64,000 nt of DNA from Neovahlkampfia damariscottae (taxonomy: Eukaryota): NCBI GenBank assembly GCA_016618085.1, contig JABLTG010000108.1, positions 1 to 64,000 of the forward strand, given 5' to 3'. The stretch's first letter is position 1. Each line of letters opens with the position of its first letter. Position numbers and translations under genes: made by a program. This document shows, piece after piece, positions 47,666 to 59,660 of the stretch. The notes under the pieces are model-generated. The model was given only the letters and a program-made list of their open reading frames with translations. It made no database searches and was not told where the DNA came from.

Positions 47666-48151
47666 TGTTTCACTTTGTTGAGAAAACTATCAATTCTCTT
47701 TATTTATACTTTGTTTGAGTTAATTTTAGAACCAACTTGAAAGATCAAATGCCCAATGAGAATGCTTCTTGAGTTGATTGCATTTGATTGGTTTGATTTT
47801 TTCAATTGAAGCCTTGTGAGAAATGTGAAAGGGATGTCGCAAAGATCCTATTTTCGTCTTATATTGTTTCGATCTTACTGATTTTAAAGTTTGGAAACTC
47901 AATGAAGAAGGTGAAAGAAGTCAATGAGAAAGGTAAGAATTATATATTGCAAAATATTTCTAAAAGCTAAAAAAAATCTTGTTAGAACAAAGTTTCTCCA
48001 TTTTTGGTGGTGCATGGTTCACTGTTCATAACCTTGAAACTAAAACTCATTGATTGGTCAATTATTTTGTAAAAATAGAATAACGAACATGAAAAATTAG
48101 TTCTTTTGTATTCTCCAATTATAAGTCTCCTTTGTTTCAAAGAAAAACAAA

Positions 48152-50852
48152 ATGGAATTTGGATCTAAATACTTGCATGTGCCACAAACAGAATTATTGG
48201 AATATTTTGAAGAAAGTGAAATAATCCCAAAGGTTGAACCCAAACCAAAAATAAAAACTAGTGATTATGACAAAAATGATGACTATGAAACATGTTTTGT
48301 GGATATTCTTGATACTGCTGGTCAAGAAGAATATTCTTCATTGAGAGACACTTACTATGTATGTTAAAAATACTTTTTAATTTTCATTAGAGAACTGGAG
48401 ATGGTTTTATAATCGTTTATAGTGTGATATGTAAGAGTTCATTCGAAGAAGCATTATCAATTTATGATCAAATATTAAGAGTTAAAGACGACGACTATTT
48501 TCCAAGCATTTTGGTTGGAAATAAATCAGATTTAAGTGATGAAAGAGTTGTTTCTGAAACTGAAGGAAAAAATGAAGCCAAAAAAAGAGGAATTCTATTT
48601 TGTGAAACATCTGCAAAGTACAGAGAGAATATTGATGAAACATTTGAAGATTTAATTAGAGTTATTCCAAGAAGCGGAACAGAATATAAATTAGTCATTG
48701 TTGGTGATGGTGGAGTTGGAAAATCTGCTATTACTATTCAATATGTAAATACTAAATACTTTTTAATTCTATAGATTCAAAATACATTTTTGGAGGAATA
48801 TGATCCAACTATTGAAGACTCATACACTAAGTTGGTAAAAGTTTCAGGAATTCCAAGACCAACAAAGAAATTTGAAAAACAAGAATCAATCAACACAAAT
48901 TCAATTTCAAACTTTTTTTCTTTTCTTTTACCAAAATCTGAACAAAAAAAGAAAGCATTTCCAACAGCATCACCAAATGTAATGATGTTAAATCTTTCAT
49001 CAATTCAAGAAAAATGTCAAGAAAATTTAGAAATTGTTCAATGCAAGAATTCAAAATGTGGAGGAATTTTAAATCATAAAAGTATCATCAACTACAAAAC
49101 TAACAATTGGAAATGTGAATTTTGCAATACTAATAATAAAATAATAGAAATGAGTCTACCAAAATACTCAACTTTCGATTATGTGATTTCAGAAGGAAAG
49201 AGATTGAAAGATGATAAATTGATAATATTTCTTTTGGATATTAGTGGATCTATGAGTCAAAGTAATGAAATTCCAAAAGGATTTGGGTTGATGAAAATAA
49301 AAGCAATTGATGAAAGAAAAAGAAAATTTGAAGAATTAGGATTTGATGATATTGATTTTTCAAATCAAACAATCACACATGTCACAAGAATGGAATCTCT
49401 TCAATCTGCAGTTCAACTTCAACTTGAAGAAATTTGTAAACAATACCCAAATAGAAGAGTACTTTTAATTACATTCAATAACAAAGTTAATATTATTGGT
49501 GACGGAATAATAAAAGAACAAGTAGTCAAGGGAGACATTTTAGATGATCATGAAAAATTAGTTGAAATTGGAAAAAATTATGATCTCAAGAGTATTCAAT
49601 CTGTTTTCGAAACAAAAGATAGTTGCAGTGAAAAAGTTTTTGACCTTTCTGAAGATGGAGCAACTGCACTTGGACCTTCTTTATCAATTGCTTCAGGAAT
49701 TTCGTCTCAAGTTGAATCATCAGAAATTATTCTTTGCACTGATGGAATTGCAAATATTGGAGTTGGATCTTCTAAAATGAACAAGTCTTTTTATGAAATT
49801 ATTTCATTGATGGCAAAGGAAAATAATTCAACTCTTTCATTGATTGGAATTGAAGGAGAAGATTGTCAACTTTCAACTCTATCAGCATGTGCTGAAAAAA
49901 CAAAGTAAGAATTTTATTTACTTATTTTATTAGTGGATCAATCAATATTGTAAAACCAATTGAACTTCAAAGAAAGATTCGATCGATTGTTGACAACTCA
50001 GTTATTTCTACAAATTGTAAGATATCCATCTTATCAAACCATGAAATCAAAATCAATGATCAAAATAAATTGGATTTGGACATTGGAAATGTTATGAACG
50101 AACAAGATTTAACTTTCAAAATTAACGTTCCAAAGAAATATAATGTTAAAACTATTCCAATTCAAGTTCAAATTTCATTCACTGATTTAGAAGGTTCAAA
50201 GAAGATTAGAGTGATTACAAAAATGATTGATTTGACATCAGATATTAAGAAATGTGAACAAGAAGCAGATATATCAATTTTAAGTTTATTTGCAATTCAA
50301 GAATCTTCAAGATTAGCTTCATCCAATTTTGAAGTTGGATTCTTACATTATTTATCATATTCAAGATTATTATCAAGATCATCAAAATCATCAACCCAAG
50401 TCGAAGAATTATCCATTTTTAAACAAAAAACTGAACAATTAAAAGATGAATTGATGAAACAAATCAAATTAAAAAATGAAAAATTGAATGATGAAACTAC
50501 TAAAATTTTACATGAAAGTAAATCCACAACAAGAACTCTATTTTTATCTGGAGAAAGAAAAAGAAATATTGTTGCAAAAAGAAAAAATCATACTAAAGAT
50601 GTTTCATTATTGACAAAAACAGATTTATCAAGAAAGTTAAAAGAAGAAATGGCGAAACAAAAAGAATTAGAAAAAGAATTAGAAAAAGAAATTGAATCAA
50701 AAACTTGTATTGTTTGTGAAGATAATCATATCAATTGTGTAATTGTACCATGTGGTCATCAAACTATTTGTTTTAAATGTTCTGAACAAATTAGTTCATG
50801 TCCAATTTGCAGAGGAAATATAAATCAAATTGTAAAAACCTATGGCAGATAA
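48152..50852 (+). CDS. Circularly permuted Ras (cpRAS) + Sec23/24-like zinc finger + vWA + C-terminal RING; 3 introns
   Basis: Motif order DTAGQEEY (G3), GNKSD (G4), ETSAK (G5), GDGGVGKSA (G1), YDPTIEDSY (G2). CKNSKC..CEFC; DISGSM MIDAS; CIVC..PCGH..CFKC..CPICR. Confidence 0.9.
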
Positions 50853-50984
50853 AATACTTTTTGTTTTCGAAATTAATCTTAATTTTTCATTTTCACTTAA
50901 ATCCTTCATTGAACTTTATCCACTGTTCATGCAAATGTGACCAGTTGGATGAAGTTCATTGAATTTTTCCACCAATAGTTGAAC

Positions 50985-53533
50985 ATGAGCTCAATCTCAA
51001 ATTATGCAACCAAAAAGAAACTTGGAAGCGGAAAACAAGGAACTGTTTTCTTAGTGGAACATAAAAAAACAAAAAAAGAATTTGCATTAAAGCGTATTCT
51101 TTGTCAGGATCTAAATGAAGCAAGTCAAGTTTTAAAAGAAACTTTTTTGTTGAAAAATTTGCAACATGAAGGCTTGATCGAAACAATAGATGGATTTTTA
51201 GACAAAACAGAAGATGATGAAATTTTCTTTTACACAGTCATGAATTATTATAAAAACGGAGATTTATCTGGAGAATTAAAAAGAAAACGAGAAGATAATT
51301 CTTTTTTTAAAGAAATAGAATTAGTTGATTTTTTTAATCAATTAGCTTCTTGTGTTAATGCTATGCATAATTTTGATCTGATTCATCGTGATTTAAAACC
51401 AGAAAACATTTTATTAAGGTTAGAAATTTTTTAACATTGATTTTTGTCAAAGTGACGATATGAAATATTTGATAATTTGTGATTTTGGTAGATTAAAGAA
51501 ATATGAAATTGACATATCTATGTCTTTGGCTGGTACTATTCATTATGTTGCACCTGAAGTCATGAATGGTGAAAAATACAATCAATCGGTGGATATATTT
51601 TCTTTAGGTTGTGTTTTTTTGGAAATGACAACGTTATCAAAACAGATTTTATATATTCAATTACTTCAAAATGAAAAGAAAGTTTACAAAGAATTGAAAC
51701 AACAAATTAAGGTATATAATTTATTAAGCTTTTTTAACATGATTTTAAGGTAAAAATCAATTTATTTGAAATATATAGGTATTAGGATATTCAAGTAAAC
51801 TATGTGATCTGATCATTCAAATGATTCAATTAAAGCCAAATAATCGAATCACATCTGAAGAACTAAATCAAAAACTGAAAGTATTATTGAAATTAGAAAA
51901 AGAAAAGGAAGAAAATATGTTTCAAATTCCAAATACAATACCTGGTGATGTGGTTGGATTGATTCTTCAATATTCAAGTGATTCAATATATCAACTATTT
52001 CAATATGGTTTTGTGTCAAAAGATTGGATGAACCATTCAATCAGAATTCGTCAATTACTGAAAAATAGATATTTTGTATCTGGATGTCATGTAATTGATA
52101 AGCATTCTTGTAAGATAGTCAAAATTCTTCCTGAAGTCAGTGAGGAATGGACTGACGGAATGAATTTTCATCAATTCAATTATTTACATTGTCAACAAGA
52201 TTCTGAATGTTTTTATTATATTAAAAAAGTTAAAAAATTAGACAAGAAAAAAGTACATGATTTACTGTTAAAACATCATTCGGAGCTGATCATTTTTCCA
52301 GATGACACAAAAATGAATCAAGATAGTTTTTTCATTTGGGAGTTACATTGCAAAGAAATTGGTAGTTCTTTTTGTAGATGGTACATTCCTTTGCCTTGTT
52401 GTATCAAAGGATCAACTTCTGGTGAACGTTTTTCATTAAAAACAAATTTGTTTCAAGATTCAAAATTTATCTTTGTTGTTCTTGAAAGGAGGATTTATGG
52501 ATTTAGAAAATGTGACGGAAAACCATTCTTTATTCACAAAAGTTCCAGAGGTTTGAATGCATTTTGTACAACACCGAACTATTTACTAATCGATGAAAGA
52601 TCAGTAACAATGACTCACTCACTAATTTTCAAAAAACCTCAAGATTTGAAAAGCAAATTCAATTTGATTCAAGTAAAAGATTTCAATGGATATGTTTCAA
52701 ATACAAATCCAACTTTTTATGGATATGAAAATCAATGGATGAAACGATATCATATTGATTATTTATTCACAGAATTGAGATTTCCAAATGCTTTGTATAA
52801 TAGTTTAGATGTTTTTGAGATTAAAGATACTGGAGTTATTTTGAGAAATAGTTTTAAAATTCAATCAGATAATCCAATGCAAATTAATCATGCTTGTATG
52901 GGTGTTCATCATTGGATATTCAGCGGGAATGCATCTTTAGAAAGAAGAGTTTATATATGTAATATGATAAGCGGAGAGATGATTATACCGGAAGATAAAC
53001 AGGCCTATCATATGTGTGAATCTGATGACGGAAATTTAATTGGATCATGTTCTGCATGTGAAGGTCGATTAACTTTTTATCCAAAAAATGAATTAAAAAA
53101 GGATAAAAATCAAAAATATTTATGGATGATTGATTTTGTGGATCTCGAAAAATTCAATTATTACCCATTGTTTACTTTCAAAATTATTGATGAAAATTTA
53201 ATTTGTTTAATGTATGGAGGAAAAGGAGTCTATTTATATTCTATTAAATTGAAGAATGGAAATTTAGATTGGTCTTTGAAATTATCAAAAGAAGATGAAC
53301 AATTCAATCATTTTGATGTTGGTTGCACAATGAAATATTTTGATGGTTTGATCTTCACAATTGTTTGTGTTAGAGGAATAGGCTTTTCTTATTGTATGAT
53401 TGATTCAAAATCTGGTAGTCATTTGATTCAATACAGCTGTGAATGGAGTCAATGGGCGATTGATAAAGAAACTCTTATCCAATCACAACAAGTTCATGAA
53501 TTAGAGTCAAAAAAAAATTGTGTTATTTCGTAA
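50985..53533 (+). CDS. NEK-like Ser/Thr kinase fused to an F-box-like motif, probable beta-propeller and CAAX (CVIS); introns ~51419-51452 and 51712-51778
   Basis: LGSGKQG, ALK, HRDLKPEN, DFG, APE, DIFSLG. The spliced frame continues into IPGDVVGLILQY..FVSKDW, a beta-rich C-terminal half and KKNCVIS*. Confidence 0.75.
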
Positions 53534-53666
53534 ATAAAAATCATTATTTGAATCGCAATTCAACCAAGTCAGATTTTGAACATACTCTAATTCATGAAAG
53601 AAAAACTGTTTTCGTCAATTGTTCTTTTGGTTCAAAATAATTCTGAGGAACAAAACAAAATTCATT

Positions 53667-55728
53667 TTATTTTGAAAGTACCCATTGTTGGTATGACTTT
53701 GTTTTTGTTACTTTCACTGGAACTGTCACAATTTTTGATTTTCTGACTGATTTATATTTTGTTAGCGTTCTGACTCCATTGACATATTTGTATTTTGTCA
53801 TAACTTTGTTGACTGTTACTCTCTTTGATTTGATGACATTTTTGTATTTTGTGACAGTTTTGAATTTTCTGACTTTTTTGTAAAGAGTCTTCATTACTTT
53901 TGTTTTAACAACTTTATATTTTCTGACATTTACTGTGACAACTTTTGAAATAGCTCCAATAATTTTATATTTTTTAACTCTTCTATAGGCATTGACATAT
54001 AAATATTTGACTTTTGATTTGTATCTTTTTTGATTTTTATATTTTGTCACATATCTATATCTCTTGATGCTTTTGAGAACATATTTGTATTTGAAGAATT
54101 TGATTTTCTTGTATTTGGTAACAACTACATTTCTTGAAACAGTTCTCATTTTTTTGATGAATCTACGATTAACTCTTTTATAAATTGGAACTTGAACGGT
54201 TCTACGGACAACAACCCGATAAGGTATCTTTTTATAAACAGGAAGTTTCACTTTTACATAAGCTTTAACGTAGTATGGCACTTTGGCTTTATAAGCAACT
54301 CTCACATAATAAGGTACTTTTACAATTTTTGGAACTTTCTTTTTATATCTTTGGTTGACATAATAAGTAACTTTCTTTCCACCTGTTTTAACAGTTTTCT
54401 TCGCTTTAATGACATAAGGAACTTTCTTTGGAATTGTGACAAGTTTTTTATATGGTTGATTGACATAATAAGCAACATTAGCTTTATATGGAACTTTGAC
54501 TGTGTATTTTTGATATGTTGTCACTGGAACAGTCACTTTATAAGGAACTTTTTTTTTATATGACTCTTTTGTTTGATATGGAACTTTAACTGTGTAGTAA
54601 TGAGTTTTTTGTTTCATTTCTGTTGTTGTATAAGTTTTTTGCATAGTTTTCAATTCATAAATTTGACAAACACCTCTTGAGCAAACTCTTTTTTTTGTTG
54701 CTGAAATCATTGTAGTTCCATCTTGAGGTTTTGGTGCTGAATTTTTACAAACTGCGTCCATTTGTTGAAAATATGCAGGAAATTTAACTAAATTTGATTT
54801 TAACATTCTATTTTGTTCCCATAAATTGTAGTCCGAAATTCTCATTGTGTTTGCATACCAATGTTTGAACCCTTCACAGTTACAAAAGTCTTTATATTCT
54901 CTTTTCATGTATAATTGTGAAATTGGTTGAATAACACTATTTTTTAAGTAATTATAATAATAAAGTTTGTTTCCTTGATTTGCCCAAGTTTGATAACGAT
55001 ACTCATTTAAGTATGCATAAAGACCTTTGAAAAATTTATTTTTTTTTTTTTCAAACCTGGATCAGCACTATAATCAGAACCACCTGCTCTAAACATTCTT
55101 TGTTTATAATCTGCATCAAATTGTTTAAATTTTGCCATAACATCATTCAAAGTTGCGTGTCTTTCAGTACAAATTCTTTTGAAACTTCTCATGACCCAAA
55201 TTAAAGCAGCAAAAGACCCAGCAGCATCTTTTTTATCCTTTTCTATACCTGGAAGATCTCTTATATAGTATTCATAATTCCAGTTCATTGAGAAAGAGGA
55301 CCTTTGAAAACATGTTGTTCTATAGTTGAGACTGGTATTCCAAGGAATTTTGAAATGATTTGATTGAAGATTCCAAATAGTTGTTTAGTTTGTGGTGTTG
55401 CTTGATCATCTGCTCTTTTTACACAAACGTATCTGTAGGCTTGGTATTCTTCATACCATTTTTTATTTCTGTCATCTGGATTTTGGTTTAATGTTTCATA
55501 TTTGAGTAATGGAGCAAGATCAAAGAATTTTTTTGAACCGTCTGAGCACTTGACCATACAAACATTTCTATCATAGCAATCAACAGTTCCTTCAGCCATC
55601 GCATCTAAAACTTTCTCTGTATCTTCAAGAGTAACAGCGTTTATAGTTTGTTCCGCACATCTAATTGGAACAGCTGTTATGGAAGAAATCAATAAAAAGG
55701 TGAAAAAGAGAAAAGACAGACGAGACAT
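53667..55728 (-). CDS. Secreted, extremely basic K/V/Y/P-repeat protein (intron ~55025-55056; one-base frame break at ~55286)
   Basis: Signal peptide MSRLSFLFFTFLLISSITA. A Cys-containing N-domain splices in frame to KVPY repeats and then VTKY repeats. Confidence 0.65.
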
Positions 55729-55869
55729 TGACTCTAACTGTTGACCAATCAAATTGAAATTATATTTGATTGGTTCACCTTTAATTATTTTCGAATTTTT
55801 GATAATTTATCAATTTTTTTACATTTGTACAAAAAACGAAAATAAACCAATCAAATTATACAATTAAAA

Positions 55870-57102
55870 ATGATGAAGATAAGTGTGTTGAGTATTGTTC
55901 TGTTGATTTCAATCATTCAAACCAAGACTATTGAAGAAATGAAAAAAGATAAATTCATACCAACTTCAGAATTTCTCAACCTTGTCCCATCCATGAATGA
56001 ATTTTATAGAATCATTCACCAAAACGACAAAGTTATTGTTTTGTTCACTTCATCCGATAAAAAATGCGTTACATGTCAAAAATACAACAAAGTTTTTGAT
56101 GAATTAACAAAGCCCTTACAAACAAATTATAAAGTTCTATCAGTTGTTTGTTCAAAACACGCTCTGTCACCAATATGTGCAAAGAACAATATAAAATCTG
56201 TACCACAAATAAGAATATTTAAATATGCACAAACAGAAGAATTTGAACCAGGATTCAAAACAACAACTAAAGTAAAAAAAAAAAAAAAAAATTCACATCA
56301 ACGCTATTAGAATCTTGAAAAAATAATGAAACAACCAGAGTTAAAAATTACAACAAAAGAAAAATTGAGTATTTTACTTGAAAAAAAAAGAAAACAACCT
56401 TTTTTCGTAGCAAAATTCCAAAAAGAAAATGATGCTTGGAATTTCAACTTCAGAAGGGTTGTTAAAAATGATCATTTTATAATATCACTAAACCTGTATG
56501 AATTATTTGACAGTACCATCATGGAACCATCAATAGAATTATACAAACCAAATTCAAAAAAACCAATTATTTTGAAGGCTGACAACTTCAACATGATGAA
56601 ACAATTCGTCATAAAAAATATAATTCCTGGACATATTACTCTTAAGGAATTCCAAGATAACCAGTATCAACAATCAGGTCTGCCATTTATAGCAATATCT
56701 TATGAAAGTGTTAAAAAATACAACAAGATGATAAAACCGGCAGTTGAAGAAATTTCAAAAGCAAAAAAAAACCAAGCTATTTTCTTTAGTTATTCAGATG
56801 ATGAGAATAGTCACGAACTTCCTGAATATTTAAGAGCTATTTGCAAAAAAATTGACGGATTTACAATGATGGCATTAGACACTGAAATTCAACATGTTAG
56901 ATGTTTTCATGGTTCCAAATTGGATCGAAATAGCATAATTTCATGGGTGAATCAATTGATCACAAAGCAAATTCGAATCAAAGAAGAACTGACTGAAAAT
57001 GAAGGTTTTTCTGCTGAAGAGTACACAGCTGATGAAGAAAGAGAAGAATTTCATGGAAATAGAGAAGAAAAAGGTTCAAATAAACACCAAGGAGTTGAGT
57101 AA
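55870..57102 (+). CDS. Secreted/ER thioredoxin-fold (PDI-like) protein with CVTC motif; intron 56272-56310
   Basis: Signal peptide, VIVLF..CVTCQKY, IKSVPQIRIF, further Trx-like domains, acidic tail. Confidence 0.7.
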
Positions 57103-57153
57103 ACTATTCGTTGGTCAAAAACTAATTTCATAAAATTGATTTTATTTCAAGAG

Positions 57154-58096
57154 TTATTTGCAACCAAAGGGCATACCATCTCTGAGTTTGAATCCTAAAT
57201 ATTGTATGTGATCATCAACACCTGTAGGAATTAAGATTTGTCTGCTGCACTCCTTGTCTTCTCCATCAGTTGGTGAGCAAATTACAAATTGTTCATCATT
57301 TTTTGGAAACCAAATTTCTCTTGTTGCATGATGGTACTGGATCAATGTTGGTGGTAATCTTGCTACAATATCCTTTTTGTTTACAACTCTCCATTTTTTT
57401 TTGACCATTTGATCAAAGTATTTGGAAAATGCTTTGTTACCAATTCTAGGTTTTCCAAATGTGATTAATTCAACTCTATCAGCATACCCATCTATTGCAA
57501 CCATCAAAGCACCTTTTAATTTTAATAATTATTCTTTAGAGTTACCTATTGCTGCTAAAGCTCCTCCTCTTGAATGACCAGTGAAGATAATTTTTTTGTT
57601 TTTTGGTAATGTGCCTAATCTTGCAAGGACAGTTTGATGAAGATTCTTATAATCATCATAAAATCCAACATGTACTTTTGCACCTGGTACGTCCATAAAA
57701 TCCTTCTTAATTCCAAATCTGAGGTTTGAGATCCAATTCCTTATGCTTTTGATTTTAGTTCCTCTGAAAGAAATCACAACTTTGAATGCGTTTAAGAATT
57801 GAATTTGACTTACTGTCTTTTTCAGATTCTCCAATGAAACCAAAAGTGTCAGTTTTCACATCAACCAAGTACTTCCTCATTTCAAGTTTGTTCCTTACTT
57901 TTTTGCACCAATGGCATGTCCAAATTGCCAACTCCGTAGGATAACAATTTGCTGAATACGAGATGAGAAGATGTTGTTTCATGATGTCAAGTGATTTAGA
58001 GTCTGTGAAGTTCTTTTCTCCTGTTCGGAGTTCAAGATCAGTAGCAATACAGCAAGTAACTAGCAGAAGAACAAAGATTAATGTTTTTCCGTACAT
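57154..58096 (-). CDS. Secreted class 3 lipase; 2 introns
   Basis: ISFRGT, VHVGFY, TGHSRGGALA, TFGKPRIGN, VNKKDIVARLPP, DHIQY. Confidence 0.9.
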
Positions 58097-58337
58097 GTTT
58101 CGCCCGCCAATCAAATGTTACAAATTTATTAGAAGAAAGTTCGAAATAAAAAAGAGATGAAAAAAAACTCCGCCAATAAGAGATGTCTCAATTTTTTTTC
58201 TGATTGGTGAAAATTCTAGAAGCTCAAATTCGACCCTTTTTGGAATCAACTCCTCATTCAATTGGTCAAAATGAGGAAATACAGAAAATCTCAGAACAAT
58301 GAATCCATTTATCTATTTACAAATTTTATTCATCTTT

Positions 58338-59496
58338 TTAAAAGCATTTTCTATGGACAATTGATTCACCAGATTCTTCAAATTCACTTTTTGAAATCCA
58401 CATTTGTTGAAATGTTGCCAATGATGACAAAATTGAACCTCCAATCCAAACTGAATATTTTCTTTCTGGAGGTGCTATTACTTTAACTTTCATTGAAGAA
58501 GGTGCAAGCTGTTCAATGTCAGATTTTAATCTAACATCAATTCCGTTAAACATAGTTGTACCACCAGATAAAACGATATTCTAAAATGTCAAAAATATAA
58601 AGTGAGTAACTTACTTGATAAAGAGATTTTCTAATATCAATTTCACATTTTTGAATTGAGTCAAAAGTAGTTTCATGAACACCAACACTTTCTGAGCCAA
58701 TCAAATTAGGTTGAAAAAGAACTTCTGGACATCTAAATCTTTCATTTCCAACAGTGATAATATTTCCATCAGGAAGTTCATAAGTCTTTTCAATGTCACC
58801 TGATGTTTCTGATTTTATCATTTCATCATCAAAATTAGGAGCAACATAACAAAGCTTTTCTTTGATATCCCTGACAATCTCTCTTTCAGCAGATGTCTTA
58901 AATGAATAACCTCTTTCTCCTAATATTTTCATTAAATATTCTGTCAAGTCTCTTCCAGCGAGGTCTAATCTTTCAATAGCATGAGGTAAAGCGTATCCTT
59001 CATAAATTGGGACAGTGTGAGAAACGCCATCTCCTGAGTCCAAAACAATACCTGTTGTTCTACCTGAAGCATATAATGAAAGAACAGCTTGAATAGCAAC
59101 ATACATTGCAGGTGTACTAAATGTTTCAAACATAATTTGAGTCATTTTTTCTCTGTTGACTTTTGGGTTGAGTGGAGCTTCTGTTAAGAGCACAGGATGA
59201 TCTTCTGGAGCAATTCTTAACTCATTATAAAAAGTATGATACCAAATCTTTTCCATGTCATCCCAATTTGTCACGATACCATGTTCAATTGGGTACTTGA
59301 GAGCCAAGATTCCTCTTTTTGATTGAGCTTCGTCTCCAATGTAATATTCTTTATCTCCCATTCCAACCATTGATGATTTAAATTTTGGTCTTCCAACTAT
59401 ACTAGGAAAAACTGCTCTTGGTGCATCTTCTCCTGCAAATCCAGCTTTGCACATTCCTGAACCATTATCGACAACTAAAGCTTGAATATCTGACAT
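58338..59496 (-). CDS. ACT: Actin (somewhat divergent); intron ~58581-58614
   Basis: [54 protein letters not shown]. Confidence 0.97.
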
Positions 59497-59660
59497 TTGT
59501 TGTTGTTTTGTTGTTTTTTGTTTTCATATTCAATTTGATGTTTTATGGTCTATTTATGCAACCCTAAACTATCAAATGTCCAATAAAATCAAAATCTAAA
59601 AATAATACTTCAAATATCCAATAAAAAGCAATTAAGCTTCAATCAATGAATTTTTAAAAA

